Shown piece after piece: positions 35,587-43,735 of a DNA stretch of 64,000 nt (within the stretch, counting starts at the first letter, position 1; every line of letters starts with the position of its first letter). Under the pieces are notes generated by a model that was not told the origin of the DNA, searched no databases, and saw only the letters and a list, made by a program, of their open reading frames with translations. The stretch spans positions 28,215-92,214 of the forward strand of contig PGXU01000005.1 of the NCBI GenBank assembly GCA_002839335.1, read 5' to 3'. The stretch comes from Spirochaetae bacterium HGW-Spirochaetae-4 (GTDB lineage: Bacteria > Spirochaetota > Spirochaetia > Sphaerochaetales > Sphaerochaetaceae). Both the position numbers and the translations under genes were made by a program.

Positions 35587-35697
35587 GGGATGAATGGTAT
35601 CGCAACCCCAGGGCAGGAGCCGGACCCGGGAGGCTTCGCCCCCGCTACCGCCCCAAGTGGCGGGGTATCTCACCCTACGTTCCCTGCACTCACTCGG
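35587..35697 (+). repeat. GC-rich intergenic repeat family, copy 3
   Basis: GGGATGAATGGTATCGCAACCCCAGGGCAGGAGCCGGACCCGGGAGGCTTCGCCCCCGCTACCGCCCCAAGTGGCGGGGTATCTCACCCTACGTTCCCTGCACTCACTCGG lies between fprA and the M48 peptidase gene. Confidence 0.8.
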
Positions 35698-35744
35698 TAA
35701 TGGACCAATAGTAATTGTTCCGCTACCCTCGTTTCGTTGGGGAA

Positions 35745-36494
35745 TCAAATATGCGCGGTTCTGATTCGCAAGGAGGACATCTCATGTTGTCGATGTTTCC
35801 AGTCCGGCATACATTCCCCAAGCATTCGCTTGAAGGCATCTCCATGATTGAAGTGAACCAGATGGGCAACCTCGTGCAACGCCAGATAATCCACCAATGG
35901 TAACGGCAGCATCAATGAACGGATCGCAAACCGCAGGTCTCCCTTCTGGGAGCAACTGCCCATACGCTTGGGGTAGGAGGCCATTGAAACCACCACAGGT
36001 CGGCTCACTTCGGCTTGCCCGATCCTGCTTATCCACTTCTCCACCAGCTCGCCATATACCTGGTTGCCAAGTTCCACGTACCAAAGCGTGATCGCTTTTC
36101 CGATTGCTCCACCTTTTGCCCCATTGCGGGCGTGGACCACCAAGGTATCCTCCACAAGCTCGCAAGTGGTGGTAGCTACTCCACCCCTCTGGACCTTCAG
36201 GATCTTCTCCTCCCCAAAAACCAGGAAGCGGTCGCCGTCCATGTACGTATGTTCGGGAAGAGTCTTTGGCAATGAGCCGATAGCCGCAAGTTTCCGTTCT
36301 ATCCAATCGACGTGGTCCGCGACAAACCGATCTATAGTTGTCCTTGGGGTTCTGCTTGGTGCTGAAACCACTACACGTGCATCGTCGGTTACTCGCAAGG
36401 CAATCCGGCGCCTATTCGATTTTCTGATGAGTTCATACTGTACTTTGCCAGCTGTTTTTACTACAATCCTATCCATGAACAGTGCATCTCCCAT
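35745..36494 (-). CDS. M48-family metallopeptidase (YgjP/DUF45)
   Basis: YELIRKSNRRRIALRV... and the zinc motif HEVAHLVHFNH. Confidence 0.8.
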   Translation of the reverse strand: MGDALFMDRIVVKTAGKVQYELIRKSNRRRIALRVTDDARVVVSAPSRTPRTTIDRFVADHVDWIERKLAAIGSLPKTLPEHTYMDGDRFLVFGEEKILKVQRGGVATTTCELVEDTLVVHARNGAKGGAIGKAITLWYVELGNQVYGELVEKWISRIGQAEVSRPVVVSMASYPKRMGSCSQKGDLRFAIRSLMLPLPLVDYLALHEVAHLVHFNHGDAFKRMLGECMPDWKHRQHEMSSLRIRTAHI

Positions 36495-36921
36495 GAAACT
36501 GCATCTACAACAACCCTTATCCTATACACATATTCTGGAAAACCCCAAGCAGTGCGACCAATCCTTCGACATGCTTCTGCGAAAACTCGAGGAAAGCCCT
36601 ATCGGATCCGACGGATGCATGGTTTGCTCTGCGACGATGACAGATGAAATCTGTATCCTGAACTGCCATTCGGTTGCCTTCCGCGAGCCGGAGGAAACAG
36701 AGCCAAGCCTTATCGCTATTCCCATGGGAACCTACCTGTTCTCCCAGCTTACCTTTCCTCCCCAAACCGGAACAGCCCTCATCCCCCTACTCAATCGGTT
36801 CGTCCTATCGGGGGATTCCCAACAGGAAGATGAAATGCAATTCTTCGTCCGCGTTTACAAGGAGCGTGAATCCGACTTTGCGATCCAACTGATCGCCGCT
36901 ATACAAACCACAACGGAATGA
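36493..36921 (+). CDS. Hypothetical protein (about 143 aa; start uncertain)
   Basis: This is the only long ORF covering 36.5-36.9 kb; it is the C-terminal part of ORF 36064..36921. No recognisable motif except a faint GyrI-like IPMGTYLF segment. Its 5' end abuts or overlaps the divergent M48 gene start. Confidence 0.4.
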   Translation: MKLHLQQPLSYTHILENPKQCDQSFDMLLRKLEESPIGSDGCMVCSATMTDEICILNCHSVAFREPEETEPSLIAIPMGTYLFSQLTFPPQTGTALIPLLNRFVLSGDSQQEDEMQFFVRVYKERESDFAIQLIAAIQTTTE

Positions 36922-37819
36922 GAAACGGCGCAAGGAGCGTCATGATCACTCCGTGTGCGATCGCCAAGGGAACCACAGAATCGCCAAGACTCTTTTTCAA
37001 CAACGGCAGTGTGACGTCCATACTTGTCGCCCCGGCTATGCTGATGGCGGAAAAGGAGGCATGGGATAGTGCAGATACAACCGGAATGAGGATGAATGCC
37101 AGCGACTCCCTGAACAGATTGCTTAAAAAGGAGACTGCTCCCAACTGGGGGTCGCCGAGACTGCTGATCAAGACTCCCGATAATGAGTACCAGCCGAATC
37201 CCGAGACAAGCGCCAGGGAGTCCCGGAGAGTGTAGGTGGAGACCAAGGGGAATACCAAAGCACCCAAATACGTTCCCAGGACGGTTGAGAGTGGCAACAG
37301 GAACATCAATGGGGATTTCAACAGGGGAATCAGATCCACTTCATGCTGGACCATCTGCATACCCACAAGAAACAGCAATAGATAAAGGATAATGGTTATC
37401 ATCGAGCTTTCAAACCAGTCGAACCAAGGGGTTACCAATGCCATGGCAATCCCGGCTATCACAATCGAGATCATAACCACCGGTGTTTTCAGCCTGTCCC
37501 ATGTAATCCGTTGCACGACACGTTGCGAAGGGCTCACCTTCCTATTCAGCAGCAACCCCAACAAAACGGCGGTGACGATGCATCCGATAGTCACCAGAAC
37601 CGTAGCCACAATCGCATCGAGCCCAATCTGCATGATTTGGGATTTGATATCGGGAATCCTCGCGGTGTTGACCCCCATGAGGAACAACAAGCTGTAGAGG
37701 ATACCATCCAAGGCTTTCCCGGTTCCCTTATGGAACCGCTGTTTTCCCGCCAAATGGGCAACCAGCGCGCCAAGACCAAGGCTGAGGAACAATTTGAGGA
37801 GATACCATAGCGTCTGCAT
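36899..37819 (-). CDS. LysO-family (DUF340) membrane transporter
   Basis: A 306-aa polytopic membrane protein. The N-terminus LFLSLGLGALVAHL...LDGILYSLLFLMGV resembles YbjE/LysO-type proteins. Confidence 0.65.
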   Translation of the reverse strand: MQTLWYLLKLFLSLGLGALVAHLAGKQRFHKGTGKALDGILYSLLFLMGVNTARIPDIKSQIMQIGLDAIVATVLVTIGCIVTAVLLGLLLNRKVSPSQRVVQRITWDRLKTPVVMISIVIAGIAMALVTPWFDWFESSMITIILYLLLFLVGMQMVQHEVDLIPLLKSPLMFLLPLSTVLGTYLGALVFPLVSTYTLRDSLALVSGFGWYSLSGVLISSLGDPQLGAVSFLSNLFRESLAFILIPVVSALSHASFSAISIAGATSMDVTLPLLKKSLGDSVVPLAIAHGVIMTLLAPFLIPLWFV

Positions 37820-37914
37820 ACCGACACACTAGCGGAAACATCTGCCTTACTCAAGCAAGTCCTTGTACCTTTTGTCCATCATAAGTATATTTGTACAAAC
37901 GTGGAGGATCAAGG

Positions 37915-39117
37915 GTGACAATCGAACGGATCAGCGATACCATGCAACGGCTTGTTTGTGCCGACGGCAAAGAGATTACTTTAATTGGAACGGCACACGT
38001 ATCCCAAGATAGTGTCGATGAAGTTGCCCGAACAATCGACGAGATTGGTCCCGACCGCATCTGCGTGGAACTCGACGAAGGACGCTATCGTTCAAGGACC
38101 GAGGTCCAGGGCTGGGAAAACCTCAATATCAAGACGATACTTAAAGAGAACAAGGGCTTCCTGATGCTCGCGAACATGGCCCTGTCGTCATACCAAAAGA
38201 AACTGGGAACCCAGATGGGAGTATCTCCCGGCGATGAGATCATGCGTGCCGCGAATTTGGCAACCGAAAGGAATATCCCCCTTTCCCTTTGCGACCGGGA
38301 AATCCAGGTGACATTCAAGCGCGCTTGGCGCCTTTCCAACTTGTGGAACAAGCTCAAGCTGATATCCTCTCTTCTGACGGCGGTCTTCTCCAAGGAAGAG
38401 ATAAGTAACGAAGAACTCGAACGGTTGAAGGAAACCAATGTGCTGCAATCGATGCTGGACGACATGGCAAAGGAGTTGCCGACTGTCAAGCGAGTCCTGA
38501 TAGACGAGCGCGACCAGTACCTGGCATCCAAGATATACAGCTCCCCCGGAACCCGGGTCGTTGCCGTTGTCGGTGCAGGACATGCTCCCGGATTGGTTGC
38601 CCACATAGAAAAGCTCGACCGGAATGAAATATCGGACGATGTGACATCGATCTCTTCTGTTCCAGCGTCGTCGAAGGCCGGGCATATAATTTCATGGACC
38701 ATCGTGATTGCCTTGCTCGGAATCATCGCGCTTGGATTCATCCGATCGGGGTGGGACCAGGGTCTCGAAATGTTCCTCTACTGGTTCGGATTGAATGCAT
38801 CGCTCACCGGTCTCGCGGCCATACTTTCCCTGGCCCATCCGGTCACGATTATCCTGTCCATGCTGGCAGCTCCTGTAACCGCACTAAGCCCAACGCTTGG
38901 CGTCGGTATGGTTGCGGGAATTCTCGAAGCTTCGATGCGCAAGCCCAGGGTAAAGGATTTCGAGCATGTTTCCGACGATATCATGACCTTCAAGGGATGG
39001 TTCTCCAACCGGATTATCCACGCCCTCTTGATCTTCATGACAACCAGCATTTTTGCTTCCATTGGAACGTTTATCGCCTTCCCACTGTTGATCAGCAGAC
39101 TTGGTGGAGCGGCATAG
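37915..39117 (+). CDS. TraB/GumN-family protein
   Basis: ITLIGTAHVSQDSVDEV...PDRICVELDEGR plus C-terminal TM helices. GTG at 37915 is preceded by GGAGG at 7 nt. Confidence 0.8.
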   Translation: MTIERISDTMQRLVCADGKEITLIGTAHVSQDSVDEVARTIDEIGPDRICVELDEGRYRSRTEVQGWENLNIKTILKENKGFLMLANMALSSYQKKLGTQMGVSPGDEIMRAANLATERNIPLSLCDREIQVTFKRAWRLSNLWNKLKLISSLLTAVFSKEEISNEELERLKETNVLQSMLDDMAKELPTVKRVLIDERDQYLASKIYSSPGTRVVAVVGAGHAPGLVAHIEKLDRNEISDDVTSISSVPASSKAGHIISWTIVIALLGIIALGFIRSGWDQGLEMFLYWFGLNASLTGLAAILSLAHPVTIILSMLAAPVTALSPTLGVGMVAGILEASMRKPRVKDFEHVSDDIMTFKGWFSNRIIHALLIFMTTSIFASIGTFIAFPLLISRLGGAA

Positions 39118-39130
39118 CAAGCAGCTTATA

Positions 39131-39154
39131 TTAGTTAGGGAAACTTACTAATTC
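39131..39154. repeat. 24-nt imperfect palindrome, copy 1 of 3
   Basis: TTAGTTAGGGAAACTTACTAATTC has arms TTAGTTAG / CTTACTAA. Confidence 0.5.
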
Positions 39155-39225
39155 AACCTCGCTTCTACTGCCATTCATTTAGGCATGCTCTGGATGCATC
39201 GATTTGGAGGTATTCGGCCAATTCG

Positions 39226-39249
39226 TTTGTTAGGAATGCTAACTAATTG
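39226..39249. repeat. 24-nt imperfect palindrome, copy 2 of 3 (overlaps the radA stop)
   Basis: TTTGTTAGGAATGCTAACTAATTG is 22/24 identical to the copy at 40449. Confidence 0.5.
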
Positions 39250-40619
39250 TTTGGAACCATGGTTGAAATGAGATTGATCGCATCTATGATGCGCTCGCAA
39301 CGGAGTATCGATGCGATAGGCTCCAAGGGCATTGATTGTGGAGCAATGATGGTTGAAAACCCCATATCGACGGCACCCTTCACCCGTTTGTCCCCGAACC
39401 CGACAGGCCTGACCTCACCGGCAAGACTCAATTCTCCCATAGAGACGAGTGTGCTGGGCAACGGTTTGCCGGTTGCCGCCGAATAGAGCGCAAGCGCAAG
39501 GGGCAATTCAATGGAGACTTCCCCCAACTTGATACCACCTGCAACGTTCACATAGATGTCCTTATCGGAAAAGAATATCTGCGCGTGCCGTTCGAGGACT
39601 GCGGCAACGCGGGTGACACGTGCGGTATCTATGCGCTCCGAATATACACGGGTGTATCCACCTTTGGCGGGAATAGTCAAAGCCTGGATCTCAACGAGAA
39701 ATGTCCTGCTCCCCTCGATTACGGCGGTAAAGGCGATTCCAGCAGGTAAAATTCCCGATTTCCGCTCGCTAATGAAAAATCCAGCCGGGTCCAGGACTGG
39801 AACCAAGCCCTTCTCGGTCATTAAGAAAATACCGATCTCGTCGACCGAACCGAATCTATTCTTCACAGCCCGAACAATCCGGACTCCGGATCCTGCTTGC
39901 TCGAAATACAGAACGGTATCTACGATGTGTTCTATAGCCTTCGGACCTGCAATTTGGCCCTCTTTGGTAATATGGCCTATGAAGAACAATGCGGTACCCG
40001 CCTGTTTGGCGGCATCTACCAATTCCATGGTACACATTCGCATTTGATTGACCGAACCGGCGGCGGAGGGAAGCTCGTCACTGGACAAGGTCTGCAGGGA
40101 ATCGACCACCACGACGTCGGGGTGTTGGGTCCGCATGATTTCAAGCAAGGGCTCAAGCCTGGTATCGTTGAACATTGTAATCGACCCGAGGGGTACGCCG
40201 ATCCGCTGGGCTCGCATCCGGACCTGCCCCGGAGATTCTTCTCCGGATACATACAGCACTGTCCTGTGCTCGATGGCTCCCAACAGTTGAAGCATAAGAG
40301 TGGATTTCCCGATGCCTGGTTCTCCACCAAGCAAAACGGTCCCTCCACGCATGATTCCACCACCCAATACTCTATCAAATTCCGATATTCCACAAGAGTA
40401 CCGAAAATCTTTACCCAATTCAACTTCTTCCAATGTAACAGTTTGCTTTTTGTTAGGAGTGCTTACTAATTGTGATTTTCCAGATTTTGCCTGTTTTTTG
40501 ACAACCTCTTCGACAAAGGAGTTCCAGGAACCACAATCAGGACAGCGGCCAAGCCATTTGGTCTCGACCCGGCCGCATTGGGAACATACATATTGGGTGG
40601 AAAGATCTTTCATAGCCAC
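39243..40619 (-). CDS. radA: DNA repair protein RadA/Sms
   Basis: An N-terminal C4 zinc finger (CSQCGRVETKWLGRCPDCGSW), Walker A (GGEPGIGKST), a KNRFG motif and a Lon-like C-terminal domain. Confidence 0.93.
   Translation of the reverse strand: MAMKDLSTQYVCSQCGRVETKWLGRCPDCGSWNSFVEEVVKKQAKSGKSQLVSTPNKKQTVTLEEVELGKDFRYSCGISEFDRVLGGGIMRGGTVLLGGEPGIGKSTLMLQLLGAIEHRTVLYVSGEESPGQVRMRAQRIGVPLGSITMFNDTRLEPLLEIMRTQHPDVVVVDSLQTLSSDELPSAAGSVNQMRMCTMELVDAAKQAGTALFFIGHITKEGQIAGPKAIEHIVDTVLYFEQAGSGVRIVRAVKNRFGSVDEIGIFLMTEKGLVPVLDPAGFFISERKSGILPAGIAFTAVIEGSRTFLVEIQALTIPAKGGYTRVYSERIDTARVTRVAAVLERHAQIFFSDKDIYVNVAGGIKLGEVSIELPLALALYSAATGKPLPSTLVSMGELSLAGEVRPVGFGDKRVKGAVDMGFSTIIAPQSMPLEPIASILRCERIIDAINLISTMVPNN
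40449..40472. repeat. 24-nt imperfect palindrome, copy 3 of 3 (inside the radA 5' coding region)
   Basis: TTTGTTAGGAGTGCTTACTAATTG encodes QLVSTPNK on the minus strand. Confidence 0.5.
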
Positions 40620-40621
40620 TC

Positions 40622-41569
40622 TTAGAAATCCAAGAGTTCCACGTCAAACACCAGGTAGGAATTTGGAGGAATAACTCCGGGATAACCTTGTTGGCCATAC
40701 CCCAACTCGGGAGGAATGACAAGCGTCCGTTTCTCACCCTTCTTCATAGTCACCAGTGCTTCATTCCAGCCTTCGATCACCTGCCCGACAGCAAACTGCG
40801 CCGGTTCTCCGCGTCTAACTGAACTATCGAACATCTTACCGTCAAGCAACGTACCGGTGTAATGAACGGTGACATTCGCTCCATTCTTGGGAGTTTTTGT
40901 TCCCTTCCCTTCCTGAGTAACAACATATCTCAATCCGGAGGGTGTCTTTATCGCATCGGGCCATCGGTTCTGCAATTCCCTTTCGAGAACTTCTTGGATC
41001 TTCGACAGTCTGGAATTCTCCAAGTCCTGTGCTTTAACCACCTCATTGGCAAAACTCTCTTTGGATACAACGAAAGCTTCAGCATCGTTTCCAACCCGGA
41101 GTATCTTGACTTTTTTCATGACATCGCCCTGTGCGATAGAATTCACGATATCAAGTCCTTCGACAACCTGTCCAAACACACTATGCTTGCCATCCAGCCA
41201 GGGTGTGGGGACATGGGTTATGAAAAACTGGCTCCCATTCGTACCTGAGCCAGCATTTGCCATTGAAAGCACTCCTGGTCCTGTATGTTTCAACCCATCG
41301 ACTATCTCATCCGGAAATGTATAACCTGGTCCACCGGTACCCGTCCCCTGTGGACATCCGGTCTGGATCATGAAGTCGTTGATGACACGATGGAATTTCA
41401 ATCCATCGTAATAAGGAGTGCCTGGACTTTTTAAATTCAGCACACCTTCCGCCAATCCGACAAAATTCGAAACGGTCATCGGAGTCTTGTCATACGAAAG
41501 CGATACTACGATATCTCCACGATTAGTGGTAATTTTTGCATACAATCCATCTTGCAAGTCTTTTTCCAT
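40622..41569 (-). CDS. Dual-family peptidyl-prolyl isomerase: N-terminal cyclophilin fused to C-terminal FKBP
   Basis: The cyclophilin block is [30 protein letters not shown]...[10 protein letters not shown]...[11 protein letters not shown]. The FKBP block is [18 protein letters not shown]...[29 protein letters not shown]. Confidence 0.88.
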   Translation of the reverse strand: MEKDLQDGLYAKITTNRGDIVVSLSYDKTPMTVSNFVGLAEGVLNLKSPGTPYYDGLKFHRVINDFMIQTGCPQGTGTGGPGYTFPDEIVDGLKHTGPGVLSMANAGSGTNGSQFFITHVPTPWLDGKHSVFGQVVEGLDIVNSIAQGDVMKKVKILRVGNDAEAFVVSKESFANEVVKAQDLENSRLSKIQEVLERELQNRWPDAIKTPSGLRYVVTQEGKGTKTPKNGANVTVHYTGTLLDGKMFDSSVRRGEPAQFAVGQVIEGWNEALVTMKKGEKRTLVIPPELGYGQQGYPGVIPPNSYLVFDVELLDF

Positions 41570-41588
41570 GATAATTCCTTTCTTATGT

Positions 41589-42530
41589 TTACAATTCTAT
41601 TGATTCTTCTTCTTGAGACAACAATCGGTAAAGACGCTCCAAATCTTCCATCGAATGGTACGTGATTTCCAGCTTTCCCTTCTTAAGCGTACCTTTCAGT
41701 TGGACTTTGGTCCCACAAGCTTCCAGGAATTTTTGCTCCAAGACCAATAGATCAATTGGTCTTTCGTGGTATTCCTGTTGCTTTTTACTCGAAGCAGCAC
41801 GTTTGCCTTTATTCAAATCACCTGCAAGCTTTTCAGCTTTCCGTACCGACATTCCTTCTTCCAGAATCTTGTGGTAAAGATACTGTTGATCAGCCGGATT
41901 GACAACCGACAATAATGATCTGGCATGTCCAGCAGTGAATTCTTCATAGAGAAGAGATTCCTGCATCTCTTTAGGCAACTGAAGCAAACGGATACTGTTT
42001 GCAATGGTGGACCGTTTCTTCCCGACTCTTTCCGCCAGTTCTTCTTGTCGAATACCGGCTTGTTCCAACAAGAACAAGTAGGCTTTGGCTTCTTCAATGG
42101 GATTCAGGTTCTCACGCTGGATATTCTCGATCAAGGAGACTTCCATTCGTTGCATATCACTAAATCTCTTGACTATAACAGGTATCTTTTCCAACCCAAC
42201 CGAAAGTGCTGCACGATATCTTCTCTCACCGGCTATAATAGCGTAGTCGTCATCACTAATCTTCTCAACTAACAACGGTTGCAGTATTCCTTGCGTTTTT
42301 ATTGATTCGGCAAGTTCATCCAAGGTGTCCTGGTCAAATTGTTTTCTGGGCTGATGTGGATTTGGATGCACCCTATTGATTTCAAGAAGCATGAGTTTTC
42401 CACCCTCGATTTCACTGGCTTCCGAATCCAGGGGCGTTTTGAAAACGGCCTCAAAAGAATAATCATCCATGAGGGAACTTATCCCTTTCCCCAATCCATG
42501 TTTCTTGTTACTTGCATTAGACACGGGCAA
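41589..42530 (-). CDS. parB: Chromosome partitioning protein ParB (Spo0J)
   Basis: [37 protein letters not shown] and the [22 protein letters not shown]. Confidence 0.92.
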   Translation of the reverse strand: MPVSNASNKKHGLGKGISSLMDDYSFEAVFKTPLDSEASEIEGGKLMLLEINRVHPNPHQPRKQFDQDTLDELAESIKTQGILQPLLVEKISDDDYAIIAGERRYRAALSVGLEKIPVIVKRFSDMQRMEVSLIENIQRENLNPIEEAKAYLFLLEQAGIRQEELAERVGKKRSTIANSIRLLQLPKEMQESLLYEEFTAGHARSLLSVVNPADQQYLYHKILEEGMSVRKAEKLAGDLNKGKRAASSKKQQEYHERPIDLLVLEQKFLEACGTKVQLKGTLKKGKLEITYHSMEDLERLYRLLSQEEESIEL

Positions 42531-43275
42531 CCACCTCCTCGGCTAGGCTTTCGTACCCTTGGGCTCCAGCACTCGAGGCATCATACAGATTAATGGGCAA
42601 ACCATGAGACGGAGCTTCCGATAATCTCACATTTCTAGGAATCTTTGTTTGAAATACCTTATCAGAGAAATAGGCCGTAACATCATCCACCACATCATTC
42701 GCCAATCTGGTGCGTGATGTATACATGGTAAAAAGGATACCAAGGATTTCGAGATGAGGATTTAGCTGTTTCTTTACATTACCGATAGTACGCATGAGAA
42801 GATTTAGACCTTCCATCGCGAAATACTCGCATTGCATGGGGATAATCACATATTCAGCCCAGCACATTGCATTTATCGTCACAAGTCCAAGTGAGGGCGG
42901 ACAATCGATAAGGATGTAATCCCACTCGTTGTTTATGGATGCCAATGCATTTTTCAAGAAAAATTCACGAGCCAATTCATTGACCAATTCAACACTCAAA
43001 CCGGCCAAATCGATTCCACCAGGTATTGCGTACAAATTCTCGACGGGAGTTGATTGATATGCTTCCGAAACTGTACATTTTCCGACAATCACATCATAAC
43101 TACCTAATTTTTTTGGATCTGCAGAAACTGCACTAGACATGTTTCCTTGAGAATCCAAATCAATCAGTAATACCTTATTCCCTTTTTGAGCAAGATATGC
43201 CCCGAGATTGACGGCAGTGGTAGTTTTACCAACACCACCTTTTTGATTAGAAAAGATTATTTTTTTTGCTACCAT
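42517..43275 (-). CDS. parA: Chromosome partitioning ATPase ParA (Soj)
   Basis: The ATG at 43275 gives MVAKKIIFSNQKGGVGKTTTAVNLGAYLA (deviant Walker A). Overlaps the parB start. Confidence 0.92.
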   Translation of the reverse strand: MVAKKIIFSNQKGGVGKTTTAVNLGAYLAQKGNKVLLIDLDSQGNMSSAVSADPKKLGSYDVIVGKCTVSEAYQSTPVENLYAIPGGIDLAGLSVELVNELAREFFLKNALASINNEWDYILIDCPPSLGLVTINAMCWAEYVIIPMQCEYFAMEGLNLLMRTIGNVKKQLNPHLEILGILFTMYTSRTRLANDVVDDVTAYFSDKVFQTKIPRNVRLSEAPSHGLPINLYDASSAGAQGYESLAEEVVARV

Positions 43276-43384
43276 GCTTTCACTATACATAAACCCCAGC
43301 ATTCTGTCATCCAATACTTCAGGTATTGACCATCAATTCCTATATCTGTATCTTTGAACCAGTTATTTTGAGGAGGCCAATCAT

Positions 43385-43606
43385 ATGATTGATAAGGTTA
43401 AAGCTGCTATCGAGAACATCAGACCCGATCTGCAGAACGATGGTGGTGATATTGAGTTCGTCAGCATGGAAGGTAACGACGTGACAGTCCGTCTTGTCGG
43501 CTCTTGTGCAGGTTGCCCGATGTCGCAGATGACATTGAAGAACGGTGTCGAGAGATACATCCGAAGTGTCGTCGACCCTAACATCACGATTATTTCTGAA
43601 AATTAA
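43385..43606 (+). CDS. NifU C-terminal-domain (Nfu-like) Fe-S protein
   Basis: 73 aa; IRPDLQNDGGDIEFV...VRLVGSCAGCPMSQMTLKNGVE (CxxC motif). Confidence 0.85.
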   Translation: MIDKVKAAIENIRPDLQNDGGDIEFVSMEGNDVTVRLVGSCAGCPMSQMTLKNGVERYIRSVVDPNITIISEN

Positions 43607-43612
43607 TTGCAT

Positions 43613-43628
43613 TGTTTCACGTGAAACA
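43613..43628. other. parS centromere-like site 1
   Basis: TGTTTCACGTGAAACA is a perfect palindrome matching the consensus tGTTNCACGTGAAACa. With flanks it forms a 20-bp palindrome, ATTGTTTCACGTGAAACAAT. Confidence 0.9.
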
Positions 43629-43668
43629 ATTGGGATTCCCAAGCGTTGAACGTGAACAAATCAGTTAA

Positions 43669-43684
43669 TGTTTCACGTGAAACA
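43669..43684. other. parS centromere-like site 2
   Basis: An identical TGTTTCACGTGAAACA, 56 bp from site 1 and ~400 bp from parA. Confidence 0.9.
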
Positions 43685-43686
43685 AT

Positions 43687-43720
43687 CAGCCACCCTTACC
43701 GGGTGGCTGAATTATTTTTA
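43687..43720. terminator. Bidirectional rho-independent terminator between nifU-like (+) and gyrA (-)
   Basis: A perfect 9-bp stem, CAGCCACCC-ttacc-GGGTGGCTG, followed by aattattttta on the plus strand and attgttt on the minus strand. Confidence 0.7.
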
Positions 43721-43735
43721 TGGTCTTATGTTGTT

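Noticed and set aside
36064-36474. The N-terminal 137 residues of ORF 36064..36921.
   Set aside because: This part is antisense to the M48 peptidase coding sequence. Only the portion downstream of 36475/36493 is retained, as a low-confidence CDS.
43645-43660. A third parS-like sequence, CGTTGAACGTGAACAA, between the two perfect parS sites.
   Set aside because: It matches the 16-bp consensus at only about 10 of 16 positions, so it is not called as a site.
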